Shown here: positions 1-34,353 of the stretch, piece after piece
Numbering within the stretch: the stretch's first letter is position 1
How the letters are laid out: each line of letters begins with the position of its first letter
Origin: Eledone cirrhosa
Lineage: Eukaryota
Direction: 5' to 3'
Length of the DNA: 64,000 nucleotides
NCBI GenBank assembly: GCA_964016885.1
Contig: OZ024749.1
Location: 31,434,001 to 31,498,000 of the forward strand
Program-made: the position numbers and the translations under genes
Notes under the pieces: model-generated
Database searches by the model: none
Seen by the model: only the letters and a program-made list of their open reading frames with translations
Told to the model about the DNA's origin: nothing

Positions 1-239
1 AGGCAGAATTCTAGGAGAAGAAAAACTCTGATATAACACCTGCAACCCTGATGGTATCCGATGATGTTGAGTTTTTCTTCTTTTTGGTAAATATCATCCT
101 GGTTAAGAGAGTGGGACTGGTTTTGTGCAGTGCCTTTGCTCACTATAAACGCTTCACGGCACAGGCATTGCTTTATATCTGGAGATCTCTCTGCACTTGT
201 CGTCACATGGTACCATGGGCCCAGCACTATGTTTCAATA

Positions 240-379
240 ATTGTCACAAGTGTAGTGTTTGTACCAGAGTTTTCAAGTCAGTGGCTGGACTAAAAAGTCA
301 CACTTGTTCAGCGCATTGGTAGGGGATCTCCTACATAGATGTAAAGTAGTGGCCGTACTCGAAAACGAGTTGGCAGCCA

Positions 380-382
<3 letters not shown>
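240..382 (+). mobile_element. 3' end of an RTE-clade LINE (C-terminal zinc-finger-like motif and tail)
   Basis: Frame reads [19 protein letters not shown], followed by a short 3' tail running into (TA)n. Confidence 0.5.
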
Positions 383-475
<93 letters not shown>

Positions 476-502
476 ATATGTATGTATGTTTGTATACATC
501 TG

Positions 503-552
<50 letters not shown>

Positions 553-751
553 GTCAACATGAATGGACAAGTTATTTTTATCTAAAAACATTTTTTTCCA
601 ATCCACCCGTCACTTCAATCTATCTTATTTCTCATTCTTTCTTCAGATAAAGGACTAGTGTCCGAAAGGTCGAGACTGCTATTTGAAGGGTTAACCTAAT
701 ATATTCCTTCGATATACTGTACCTATTGCGTTGTTATATCTGTTTACCTTT

Positions 752-794
<43 letters not shown>

Positions 795-796
<2 letters not shown>

Positions 797-976
797 TTAT
801 CCCGGGTTCAATCGGGGGTAACCACAGTAAGTAAGGTACTCAATACATAGCAGAGTATAAATATTTAATATAGAAAAGGCTTCTACAGGACTAGAACTGT
901 TTCATTCGGGAGAAATCAGATGATTTCTCTCGAATGAAACAGTTCTAGTCCTGTAGAAGCCTTTTCCATATTAAAT
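795..976. mobile_element. Palindromic Penelope-like pLTR remnant (family also at 5855-5905, 13060-13125, 36510-36630, 37280-37475, 47858-48050)
   Basis: Inverted arms 860-976 contain GAAACAGTTCTAGTCCTGTAG. Inserted in (TA)n. Confidence 0.7.
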
Positions 977-992
977 ATATATATATATATAA

Positions 993-1140
<148 letters not shown>

Positions 1141-1255
1141 ATACTTTGGGAGGATCATGTTGCCAATAAAAACACACGCACCAGTAGATTTTCAGTTCAA
1201 CTAATTATAAATTTCCGCTTGGCTGTTTGTTTGGATAAGCGGAAAGTTGTTTAAA

Positions 1256-1306
1256 TATTGTCAAAGCTCTTTCATCAAACATTTTGTGACCTCCTCAGTG
1301 ACAATA
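1256..1306 (-). ncRNA. Minimal type I hammerhead ribozyme
   Basis: Minus strand reads tattgtca-CTGAGGA-ggtcacaaaatgtttgat-GAAAG-ag-CTT-tgacaata. Stem I is 8 bp. Confidence 0.7.
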
Positions 1307-1432
1307 TCTGTTTCACATACGGTTTCAGGTAAGAAATCTCGCAAAACAGAGTAAAAAACGAATTACATATATATATATATATATATATGCGTGTAGGTAT
1401 TATATGTGTATATCTATATATATATATATATA

Positions 1433-1832
1433 TATATTGGTAAACGGAATAGAAAATGCTGACAAATTGTTCACAGTTGAAAAATGGTTTAATTAGGAAT
1501 AAAAGAGTATTAGTGATTGTATGGGTTAGTATTCAGTTGTGGTTTTAAGTTTTTAAGTTTTTACCGGTTGCGCATTTCTAAATGCTTTTCAAAAATAATT
1601 TTGAGATAGAGTGTCCGTGCTGTTTGCTCTGATCAGAGCAAACAGCACGGACACTCTATCTCAAAATTATTTTTGAAAAGCATTTAGAAATGCGCAACCG
1701 GTAAAAACTTAAAAACTTAAAACCACAACTGAATACTAACCCATACAATCACTAATACTCTTTTATTCCTAATTAAACCATTTTTCAACTGTGAACAATT
1801 TGTCAGCATTTTCTATTCCGTTTACCAATATA
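1433..1832. mobile_element. ~400-bp apparently perfect palindrome (Penelope-like remnant), followed by a second inverted repeat 1833-2137
   Basis: Arms mirror around CTGATCAG (1629-1636) and carry TTGAAAA..GCAAC-CG-GTA, a degenerate hammerhead. Confidence 0.75.
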
Positions 1833-3329
1833 TAACTAGACATGAAAAATGCGCAAGCTCAAAAGTGCCACAGAATGTTATAATAAACCTTCAAAAGTGT
1901 GGGACTAGAGTTGTTGCTAAAAAATAGAAAAATAGTTGTTGCTAAGAATTAACTAAGTGAAATAGCGTAAAAATAAAGGCTTCGTTGGTTTAAGCTATTT
2001 TTATAAAGGATGCCACAGAATGTACGATATATAATGATTACAATATTTTTTTAGCAACAACTCTAGTCCCACACTTTTGAAGGTTTATTATAACATTCTG
2101 TGGCACTTTTGAGCTTGCGCATTTTTCATGTCTAGTTTAATATTTTTTTAAGGCAACGCTTGTAATAACTCTAGTTAAACAGGATATATATTAATAATAA
2201 ATTATCGTTTTAATGTATTTAGATTATGTAATTGTTATTATAAATTATCTTATAAATATTAGTGTAAGATGTATAAAAATATGTTCAGACTTTTAATATA
2301 AACAGCTACAAAAAACAATCAATATTAAATCAATATTTTATACATAATAGAAAACATAAAATAAACAATACAAAAACAAAATATTTACATACAATTGCAA
2401 TTATCAGTGTATATACATTTTCTTTATATTCCCTGAGCAAATTAATAAGATTTGTTTTTATTGTACATAATTTGATGACTTGTTGGAGTGTATTAAAAGA
2501 TAGCAACAATTTGTGATTAAATTGTTATCTTAAGCAACTCACTTTTTAATAGTTGTTGGCTGAGCGAAATTGTAAAAGCCTATGAGCAAATATAAAAAAA
2601 AATACACAAACAACATTTCCTTGTGTTATTACAACATTAGATAAAATAATTGAGCAATGTCGTTATATTTTGCTCTTATTGCACATTAATAGTGTTTCTA
2701 TTTTTCGGCACAAATCCATTACGGCAGTCCATTACTGGTACTTTATTTTATCGAATTAGTAAGTATGAAAGTCGAAGTTAACCTCGGCAGGATTTGAACT
2801 TAGAATGCAAAGGACCATAACAATACTGCAAAGCATGGTGTCTGACGCTCTACCAATACTTGTGTTGAGCTGGTCATTAATTTATGGTGGTCGTGCGTGG
2901 AGTAGAGCAATCGCTAGTTGAAATATTATGAACAAAACATTTTTATTTGCCGAAGAACATATTTTCAATACTGTTTGTGAATGTGACGAAGGAAATACAT
3001 TCTGATATGGAACAGTGTACAAAGTGTGTCTGTGAATAACATAATGTTACCTCATGTTGTTGTCAAGACATAATGGATTTCGTATATCCAGTTAGAAGAT
3101 GAAACCTAGCCATCTCGGATTAGTTATATTTCATGCCATGTGTAAACGTGTTTGAGGATAGCAAAATATGCGTGTTTCTTGTCTGGAAACTTTCTGCTAA
3201 ACTGATTGGTTTCGTTTTTGGCACTATACAATACTCATCCAACAGATAGCTGTATTGGATCCTTGATTGGTTAATATTTAGGTGAGGGTGCTTGATGCAG
3301 AGTTAGTGCAAAATGGATCAATGAGTGTA

Positions 3330-3985
3330 ATAATAATAATGATAATAATAATGAAAATATTGTGTACAATGCTGAGGTGCACTACAACTCATCAAAAGTG
3401 CATATATAATACATAGGGTAATATAAAAACGTCATGAAAAAAGAACAGTGCATGAGTCATGATATACACATATGTGCATGTGTATGGAAGGGGGACATCA
3501 GGTGTAGTTTTGGTGTATTTCGGAATGTATGATGGTTTTAAAGGATGCAGTGTGTCATCAGCTAACAACTGATGCAGGAAGTTTGTTCCATCCTTCAGCA
3601 ACTCTGAGCATGAAGAAATATTTCCTAAAGTCATGGGAGCTGTGTTGTTTTCTGACTTTGTAGGCATGTCCACGTGTTAGACACATGGAGATCAAAAAGG
3701 TGTTCGGGGTTGTTGTTGGTCGGATGGTTAATAACTTTGTGGGTGTTTACCAAGTCCATTGCCAGAGGGAAGCAAAATATTCAGGGTATGTTAGGTGTCT
3801 GATGGAGGGTATGCGCTTGGTTGCATGTCTCTGAACAGTTTCCAGGAGGTCAATGTTCTGAGCAAGATAGAGGTTCCAGACTGATGACGCGAACTCCAAG
3901 TGTATTCGTACCATAGATGTATACAGCTTTAAATAGATGGCGGGAGAGCAGCTAATGAAGGTCTTGCTGATTGATGCCAAGTCAA
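3330..3985 (-). mobile_element. CR1-type LINE 3' remnant (post-RT region)
   Basis: LYTSMVRIHLEFASSVW..LETVQRHATKRIP, then TRGH..RKYFF..WNKLP in a shifted frame, and a (TTA)n tail. Confidence 0.85.
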
Positions 3986-4192
3986 TCTTAATAAATTGAC
4001 TGATTTATCTGTTCACTACTGCTAATCCACCGCTGTTTGTACAATTTTTTAGATAATGTCAATTTGAGCTTGAATCATTGGCGTAATGAAATTTGAAAAG
4101 ATTATAAGCAAATCTTTTTTAAAATACACAGACAACATTTAACTGTATCGTTGCAACATTAGATCTAATAATGGAGCAACATTTGTGCAGAA

Positions 4193-4657
4193 TTATTGTT
4201 TGTGCAATAAGATATTTGCAGATCTGTACTTGGTCTGCTCTTTAGCCAACTCGGTACGTTTAGAAGCTCTACGCTCGGCTTGCTTTTGAGATATAATAGC
4301 TGAATTTGCAGATCTATACTTGGCCTGCTTGTTTGCCAACTCATACCGTTTTGAACATCTATACTTGGCCTGTTTTTGTGTTAATTTAGCAAAATTCACA
4401 GCTCTATAATCGGCCTGTTTTTGTCTCAACTTCTCCCGATTCCGCATCCGGTAAGCTGTTTTCACATCCAATTTAATACGCCCATCTAGATTATTATCAC
4501 AGGAATGTGAACAAGCTTGTGGGACCGCATCATTGTAAGTATATGAACTGCCTGCAACATCAAGACCCAATTCACAAGTGCAGCGTTGCTCATTCACATC
4601 GGCAGTGGGGACACCAAAATCAGTGACAGGTCTCGATTCACTCGCGAGATACATCAC
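4193..4657 (-). mobile_element. ORF fragment with 15-aa KQAKYR repeats, probably the N-terminus of a Helitron RepHel protein
   Basis: Five to six tandem 15-aa basic repeats. The Helitron assignment is an inference from repeat style only. Confidence 0.4.
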
Positions 4658-4685
4658 AGCTACACTATATATTTAAACATATATA

Positions 4686-4760
4686 CAGTGATACCTCGCT
4701 ACTTGGCGGTTCAACTATCGCGGATTCACGATTTCGCGCATTTTTAGAATATATATATGA
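4686..4760 (+). mobile_element. Tigger/pogo terminal inverted repeat fragment
   Basis: TA|CAGTGATACCTCGCTA..CGCGGATTCACG pattern. Confidence 0.55.
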
Positions 4761-5145
4761 ACACCTAAAATTTTTCATTAAATCCATTAAAATATTAATA
4801 ATAAACACAGTTCTAATCATACGCTATATATATATATATATATAAATATAAGTAATTAATACCGTATAAATGGTACAAAGACTGTTTATGTAAAATGTAT
4901 TTCTCAACAGAGTATTGAATATTAGGAGAAATTCAAAACGAAGAGTGATAAAATTTCAAGCAAAGAGTTTAATTAGGTAATGACTTACAAATTTGTTTCA
5001 GTATATAGACAAAGCCTGAAGCGCTAATTATAATAATTAGTTAATAATATTACAAAATATATTAATATTATATTAAATATATACTGAAACAAATTTGAAA
5101 ATCATTACCTAATTAAACTCTTTGCTTGAAATGTTATCATTCTTC

Positions 5146-5246
<101 letters not shown>

Positions 5247-6572
5247 TCTAGTCCTTCGCTCAAGATTAATCTATAAGTTTAGATGTCTGCCTTCGTTTAA
5301 GTAAATATTACAGTAAGATTTTTAATATAAACAACTACAAAAAACAATTAATATTAAAACGAAAAAATTATCAATGATAAAAGAAGCGGATGCAACTTTT
5401 TTTTTTATAAAGTTATATTCCTGTTTCTTTAAAGAACATTTCATTTTTGTTCTATTGTAGGCGAAATAATGCAATGGTTTAATAGGGAAGATATAACTTA
5501 CCAATTATGTCTCTAACCGTGTAACGCTTTTTAAGTAGATAACTACAATTGAAAATACTAAAGAAATGGAACCAACAATTCAATTTGAAAGTCGTCTACT
5601 TATAGTGACAGTGTATTACTGGTACTTTATTTTATCGACCCCGTAACGATGAAAGGCAAATGCTTAAAATTTAAATTGCCTTAATTCTATCGTCTGCTGT
5701 TTCATTAAAGGGAGATTCTCGTCTGTATTTAATTCTATCGTCTACTGTTCCACTAAACAGATATACCTCCACTATCGTCTCTATTTATACATTTTAACTT
5801 ATAACTTATACACATTTGATTTGAAATATTTTATCTAGTCCCCCCTCTCAATATTATGATGATTTCTTTCGAATGAAACAGTTCTAGTCCTGTAGAAGCC
5901 ATTTATATATATAATTGAACTGAGTTAAAAATTCACAATATTTATAATTAAATAAGCTCATATATATATATGTGTGTATTTATCTGTTTATTGTATTATA
6001 TATAATGTGTGTATATACAGGATGTCCCCCAAAAATATATACACACTTCAACAGCATTCTAATAACTATTGCCTGTACAGGTAATCAAAGTGTCAATCGA
6101 ATGTTAGTTTCGTGTTTTAACAGTACAAATTTACAATACACACATATAACCAGTGTATATACATACATGAGTGTGTATACACATACATGAATATGTATAT
6201 ACAATATATATGTATATATATATAGACACATATATTCACGGTGCAACGGAACATTAAAATATAGATGCGGGAGGGGGGGGGGTATATATAGGGGCGCTGG
6301 GGATAAAGGAGTGTAAAGCGTGTGTAATTGATATATTGAAGGAGAGGAGCGTGCAGCGATAGAGTAACAAATATATAGAGAGGGGGAGAGATGGTATTGA
6401 AGGGGAGGAGTGCAAAGCGAAAGAGTAAGAGAGATATATATAGAGACGGAACAGATAGAGAGAAACAGGCGTAAGTAACAGTGGAAGAGATATATAGAGA
6501 GGGGGAAATGTGTTATTGAAGGGGAGGAGTGTAAAGCGAAAGCATAAGATATATATAGAGAGAGGGGGAATA

Positions 6573-6612
<40 letters not shown>

Positions 6613-6807
6613 ACACTTACTCTGATTGGTTGAAAATTAGCCAATGACATACGATCACCACCACCACGGCTATCCCGGGAAAATTTATGAAGAAGTTAGG
6701 CATATATGTTAATATTATATTATGTTAGAACACGAAAAGTGAACATTCTGTTGTTTCACACTTTTCGTGTTCTAACAGATAACTTGTGTGTTACACCTCT
6801 ATTCTTT

Positions 6808-6878
<71 letters not shown>

Positions 6879-6903
6879 TATATTTATGTATATATGTATA
6901 TAA

Positions 6904-6973
<70 letters not shown>

Positions 6974-6998
6974 TATATTTATGTATATATGTATATAA

Positions 6999-7075
<77 letters not shown>

Positions 7076-7365
7076 TGAAAAAATGGCGTGCTGCGTTGTT
7101 GCGAGTATAATACATATGAATGAAAAATAGACCGTGAGACGGGACTGTCTATCATCAATGATCTTCTGACTATCATCGATATTTCTTCGCATTAAAGACC
7201 AGATATCTCAAAATCAGTGCGAGCAATAACTAAAATAAGTTATTGGGACAGAGCGAATTGGGTGGAGAAAGTGGGACAGTAAACAAACAAAAGTAGTAAT
7301 GCAACGTAAAGAGAGGAAATGAGAGATAAGTCAATGATACATGTCAACTTAAGTTCGACCAAATC

Positions 7366-7420
<55 letters not shown>

Positions 7421-7423
<3 letters not shown>

Positions 7424-7609
7424 CGAAGGAAATGTGGTAAGGAACTCGAATACTTAGTGTAGTAGAGTGGTTAATAGGAACGAGTAGGACCCTGACGGCT
7501 GGGCTCAAGCCGTTTCGATGGCTAATTCTGGACTAAATTCTGGACTAAATTAGTCCAGAATTAGCCGTCGAAGCGGCTTGAGCTCAGCCGTCAGGGTCCT
7601 ACTCGTTCC

Positions 7610-7612
<3 letters not shown>
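7421..7612. mobile_element. Hairpin-ended element family (copies at 21248-21392, 25756-25935, 50037-50198; relative at 49690-49770)
   Basis: Shared sequence aacgaaggaaatgtggtaagg..gtactcaatacttag. The terminal inversion retains only the hammerhead 3' half (GAAAC-ggct tgagctc agcc-GTC). All copies sit in (TA)n. Confidence 0.7.
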
Positions 7613-7641
<29 letters not shown>

Positions 7642-7713
7642 TACACACACACACACATATATATATATGTGTATATACGTGTACACACACACATATGTAT
7701 ATACGTGTATATA

Positions 7714-7832
<119 letters not shown>

Positions 7833-8198
7833 GATCGAGTATCGAAAAATCGGCGCACGAGTTCACGATAAACAATATTCGAAATGAGCGGCAGAGGGCT
7901 CAATAATTCAGATGAATCAGAGCTATAACTATCGCTAAAATACCGTCACACATAGAACAAGTCTACAATCAACCGTACGATAAAAAATCGATAATAGAAG
8001 ATTCGGGACAAACAGATAAAAAATATCAATAAAACAATACATCAATAATTTAAATGAATGTAAAATCATACCCGGACCCACTAGAAAGGTGTTAAATCTA
8101 GCTTCTTGGGTTTCTGTAAATCCTTAGACTGTACTCTATCAGGTCACATATAAATATATAAGCCTACTAGAGCAAGAGGAATGGAGATAAATATATAT

Positions 8199-8301
<103 letters not shown>

Positions 8302-8306
8302 TATAT

Positions 8307-8357
<51 letters not shown>

Positions 8358-8755
8358 AATGGAAGTTCAGTAGAAGCTCTGGCTGCGGCCAAGCTAACGA
8401 ATGCAATCGGAATGTGCAGCTAAGCACTCAATAAGGTAGTTTTACCTTAGAGTAATAACATTACGTTTAGACACCTTGACAAATTGAAGATTGCGACCGG
8501 TGAGCCAGCCGCCAGGATCAAAGCAACGAGAAAACCAACTCAGGATAATAACTGGGCGATGCGTTATGTCCTTGAGCAAGACACTTTATTTCACCCTGCT
8601 CCACTCTCGGAGCGAGTGATTGCTTATGTCCTAGGGTAAGACACATTATTTCACGATGCACCTTCTACCTGGAGTTGTGACCGATAGATAGTATTAGCAA
8701 TTTGAAAGAACAAAGGAAACATTGTTTCCTCGGTCCGAAAGTTGATCGACTGTTG

Positions 8756-8797
<42 letters not shown>

Positions 8798-8804
8798 ATT
8801 TATG

Positions 8805-8853
<49 letters not shown>

Positions 8854-8904
8854 ATATATATATACATACATAAATACACACATGGGTATTTATATACTTA
8901 TGTA

Positions 8905-9068
<164 letters not shown>

Positions 9069-9796
9069 TACATAAGTATATAAATACCCACACGCGTACA
9101 CACATATATATATATATATGCACACATAAGTATATAAACACCCACATCCGCACACGGCGGAAGCCGTTTATTGTGATGATTTTGCTTACCTGTAATGTAA
9201 ATAATTGTTTCTACGTTTGGCACAAAGCCATCAATTACCCAGTGCATTACTGGTACTTTATTTTATCGACCCCGTAAGGTTGAAAGGCAAAGTTAACCTC
9301 GGCGGGATTTGAGCTGAGAATGGCAAGGGCCGTAACTCAATACGTCAAAGCATGGCTTCCGACCCTCTACCGATACACTTCCAATATATATTTTTCACGA
9401 GGTAAAGGGAAGTAAGACTAACTGACTAATTTGATTATCATGGCAGGCTACTTATGCTTAGTTATTTCCCTTGCTGATCGTTTATATATATATTTTTTTA
9501 AATTGCCAATCAGTGAAAGATGAGTGCAGTAGAAGATTGTATCACGTTCTTTTTTATTCCTCAAGACTCTTCCTCTGTTGAAATGTTCGCAAACCAAAAC
9601 TATTTTTTCTATACGAAATGTTGTGAAAGAAATTCAATGAAAAACAGACTGCGTGTGAAATAAATATAGATATCACCATAGTAACGAACTATACACCAAG
9701 TGTCGATACCCCAAGCTTGCGTGTTCGTTAGTCGAGACACCGTTCGTGAACCGATTTCTTCGACATAAGCTGTGTTGGTGAAATGAGGATCCATTG

Positions 9797-9840
<44 letters not shown>

Positions 9841-10019
9841 CATCTATACATACATACATGCATACATACATGCATACATACATACATCATATATATATAT
9901 ATATATATATGTAACTAACAACTAGTTAGTTATATATATACATGCATGCATACATACATACATACATACATACATACATACATACATACATACATACATA
10001 CATACATACATACATACAT

Positions 10020-10119
<100 letters not shown>

Positions 10120-10221
10120 GCATAATAACTAACAACTAGTTAGTTATTACGATCAGTCATTGTGCATTTGAGAAAATATCATATATTTTCACTAGCTCTG
10201 ACAGTTGGCAGGTAAGCATTA

Positions 10222-10270
10222 AACTGCACTGATGAAGGGTAATCACCCAGAAACATTAGTGTCTGCAGTT
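10222..10270 (+). ncRNA. Minimal type I hammerhead ribozyme (GUC site)
   Basis: aactgca-CTGATGA-a gggt aatc accc a-GAAAC-attagt-GTC-tgcagtt. Confidence 0.82.
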
Positions 10271-10389
10271 CTGTTTGCATGCCCACACAAGAGCGAGAAT
10301 GAAGAGGTTGTTTGCATAATTGCAAACGAATCGAATATTATTATTAATGTTCGAGAAACTCAGATTATATTTATATATATAAGCATGTA

Positions 10390-10425
<36 letters not shown>

Positions 10426-11215
10426 ATGTGTGTGTGTGTACCACATATGCGTCTATATGTGTGTCTCTTCGTGTGATTATATTTCTAGTGATCTCATTAA
10501 CCACACAACCATGCCTGGAGTCATAAAAACCTACCATTGCACTACCTCGATATCCTTGGTGATCAGATTAATTATTACAGATTTATACTTATGCCCACGT
10601 CTACATGGACCTTATCACTAAAATCCATTCCATTACAAGCAGCCATGCTAGTCTCCCACTTATCAATATTTTCCCATTCTCTCTTTTTCCCATTATAATT
10701 GGAGAACTATAAAAATATCCATGGCGACTGACGATTCTTTTTTACTAAATGATAAAAACAAAGATTCATATAAATTAGAGAGCGTTACACGTCTTTTTTA
10801 AGGGAAGCAACTCTTACATTTTTAAAGACAAGTAATATTTCTTGGTAAGTGTTCGTGCCTCTTTAAATTAGCATAATTGTACTCTATTCAGATTCATTTT
10901 AAGGAATCTTTTAATACACATTACGCTATTTTTCAACTATAAATTCCAATTCATTCTAGGAAATAAAACTTTTAACACAAATGACACTATATTTTTCGAA
11001 CTACGATGGTTTTTTAACTGTAAAATAAATACATATCTTGATATTTTAATGGATGATATGTGTTATATCTTCTTTTTTTTTTCCTGCGAGATTTGTATGG
11101 GTAATCTGAATAAACTCTGATGACACCAAGGCAAATTGTTAAATAAAATGATATGCTATATATATATATATGTGTGTGTGTGTGTATACGCACATACATA
11201 TATATATGTATTTAT

Positions 11216-11284
<69 letters not shown>

Positions 11285-11290
<6 letters not shown>

Positions 11291-11580
11291 TAAAAGGAAT
11301 TCCAACTTTGTCTGATTTACTCGTTTTATTTACAATCCTTTAAAATTTATAATGGTATTATAATGAAATAGAATCATAGAATATTAAATGTTAAGTGTTA
11401 AATGTTCAGTGTTAAGTGTCAATTAACACTTAACATTTAATATTCTATCATACTATTTCATTATAATACCATTATAAATTTTAAAGGATTGTAAATAAAA
11501 CGAGTAAATCAGACAAAGCTGGAGTTCCTTTTATTAATATAATCTTCTATACACAATCATACACACCCGTGTATATTTAT
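11285..11580. mobile_element. Palindromic element, truncated copy of the 23812-24245 family
   Basis: Inverted arms aaggaattccaactttgtctgatttactcg.. and the same tail aatcttctatacacaatcatacacacccgtg. Confidence 0.75.
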
Positions 11581-11892
11581 CTATCTATCTATCTCTCTAT
11601 ATATATATACATATATATATACATATAAAGAAATTGGTTTTCAAATATAAAAAGCGGAAAGATGTAAAATGTACAATGGTAAATTAAATTATGATATAAA
11701 TAATAGCGTTAGGTAATATATTTTATTGAGTGTAAATATATATATATAAGCAAAAGGGATATTCAATTTGTTGGTAATTCAACAAATATAAATGTTTATA
11801 ACTGATCCAGAGCACTCGACAGATTGTACCCTTGAAATATATATAATAGAATAAATATGGTTTTATAAATATAGTTTCCATTTAATTAATAT

Positions 11893-12345
<453 letters not shown>

Positions 12346-12510
12346 ATATATGTATATATATACATACACATATAGATGCGTTTGTGTGTGCTTATGTATG
12401 TATATGACTATACATTTGGGCGTGTTTATTATTTATAAATATATACAAAGTTATACATTTATATGCCCATCTATTTTTATATATGTATGTATTAATATAT
12501 ATATATATAT

Positions 12511-13030
12511 ACGATATTAAATAAATGGAAACTATATTTATAAAACCATATTTATTTCATTATATATATTTCAGGGATATCATATTAAAAATATGGTATG
12601 CCTTCATCAGACAAAATACAATATAAACAGTCTTATAAATAGATAGATTTGACATGCCTTACACTTCAACTTCCATTTAAAAAGTTGATTTGGTAGTGAA
12701 AAATGTTAGGGACAGTTATAGACAGTTATATCTCTATAACTGTCCCTAACATTTTTCACTACCAAATCAACTTTTTAAATGGAAGTTGAAGTGTAAGGCA
12801 TGTCAAATCTATCTATTTATAAGACTGTTTATATTGTATTTTGTCTGATGAAGGCATACCATATTTTTAACATGATATCCCTGAAATATATATAATGAAA
12901 TAAATATGGTTTTATAAATATAGTTTCCATTTATTTAATATCGTAAATATACTCCAAATACTTGTTGAGTGCTTTTATATCAGTTATAAATATTTACTCG
13001 TTGTAACCCAACAATTTAAATAAAACTTTG
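12511..13030. mobile_element. Palindromic element (~435-bp palindrome plus tail); family also at 11790-11900 and 49060-49455
   Basis: Arms mirror around ~12728, with a hammerhead in each arm. Confidence 0.78.
12837..12902 (+). ncRNA. Hammerhead ribozyme in palindrome arm (mirror copy on minus strand ~12552-12618)
   Basis: tattttgt-CTGATGA-stem II-GAAAT-atat-ATA-atgaaata. Same family as 49354-49412. Confidence 0.6.
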
Positions 13031-13068
13031 CATATATATATATATATATATATATAGTTTTAATATAG

Positions 13069-13123
13069 ATGAGATTCAACAGGTCTAGAACTGTTTCATT
13101 CTTTAGAAATCATCAGGAATCTC

Positions 13124-13125
<2 letters not shown>
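13069..13125 (-). ncRNA. Hammerhead ribozyme, sense to the gene, about 300 nt after the stop codon
   Basis: Minus strand reads atgagattc-CTGATGA-t ttct aa agaa t-GAA ACAG ttctagac CTGT T-gaatctcat. Confidence 0.75.
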
Positions 13126-13188
<63 letters not shown>

Positions 13189-13424
13189 CATGATTATATG
13201 TATGATTATATTTATGTACATTTATATATGAAGATAATAAAATATGTTACAATGTCTATTGTTTTTACAATATTTACATTATATTACATTATATACATAT
13301 ACATGCATTTATCTATGTATATATGTGTGCGTATGTATGCATGTGTGTGTCTGTGTATATATGGGTGTGTATGTATGTCTATATACATGCGTGTGTATGT
13401 ATTTGTGATTAAAAAAAAGTTATT

Positions 13425-34106
<20,682 letters not shown>

Positions 34107-34150
34107 CAATTTACTTCAAATGGCACCTTGTAAATAAATGTATATATATG

Positions 34151-34182
<32 letters not shown>

Positions 34183-34353
34183 TGTGTATATATATAAATG
34201 TATATACGTATATAATGTTTACACAGGTATATGATATACAGTAAAGGGCAGATGTGCTAGACACGCCAACAACAGGTCACGAATACCTACTGTGTCTATC
34301 TTAGTTTCTGCGGCATTTTTATAGGGAATTTTGAATGGGTGAGATATGTGTGG

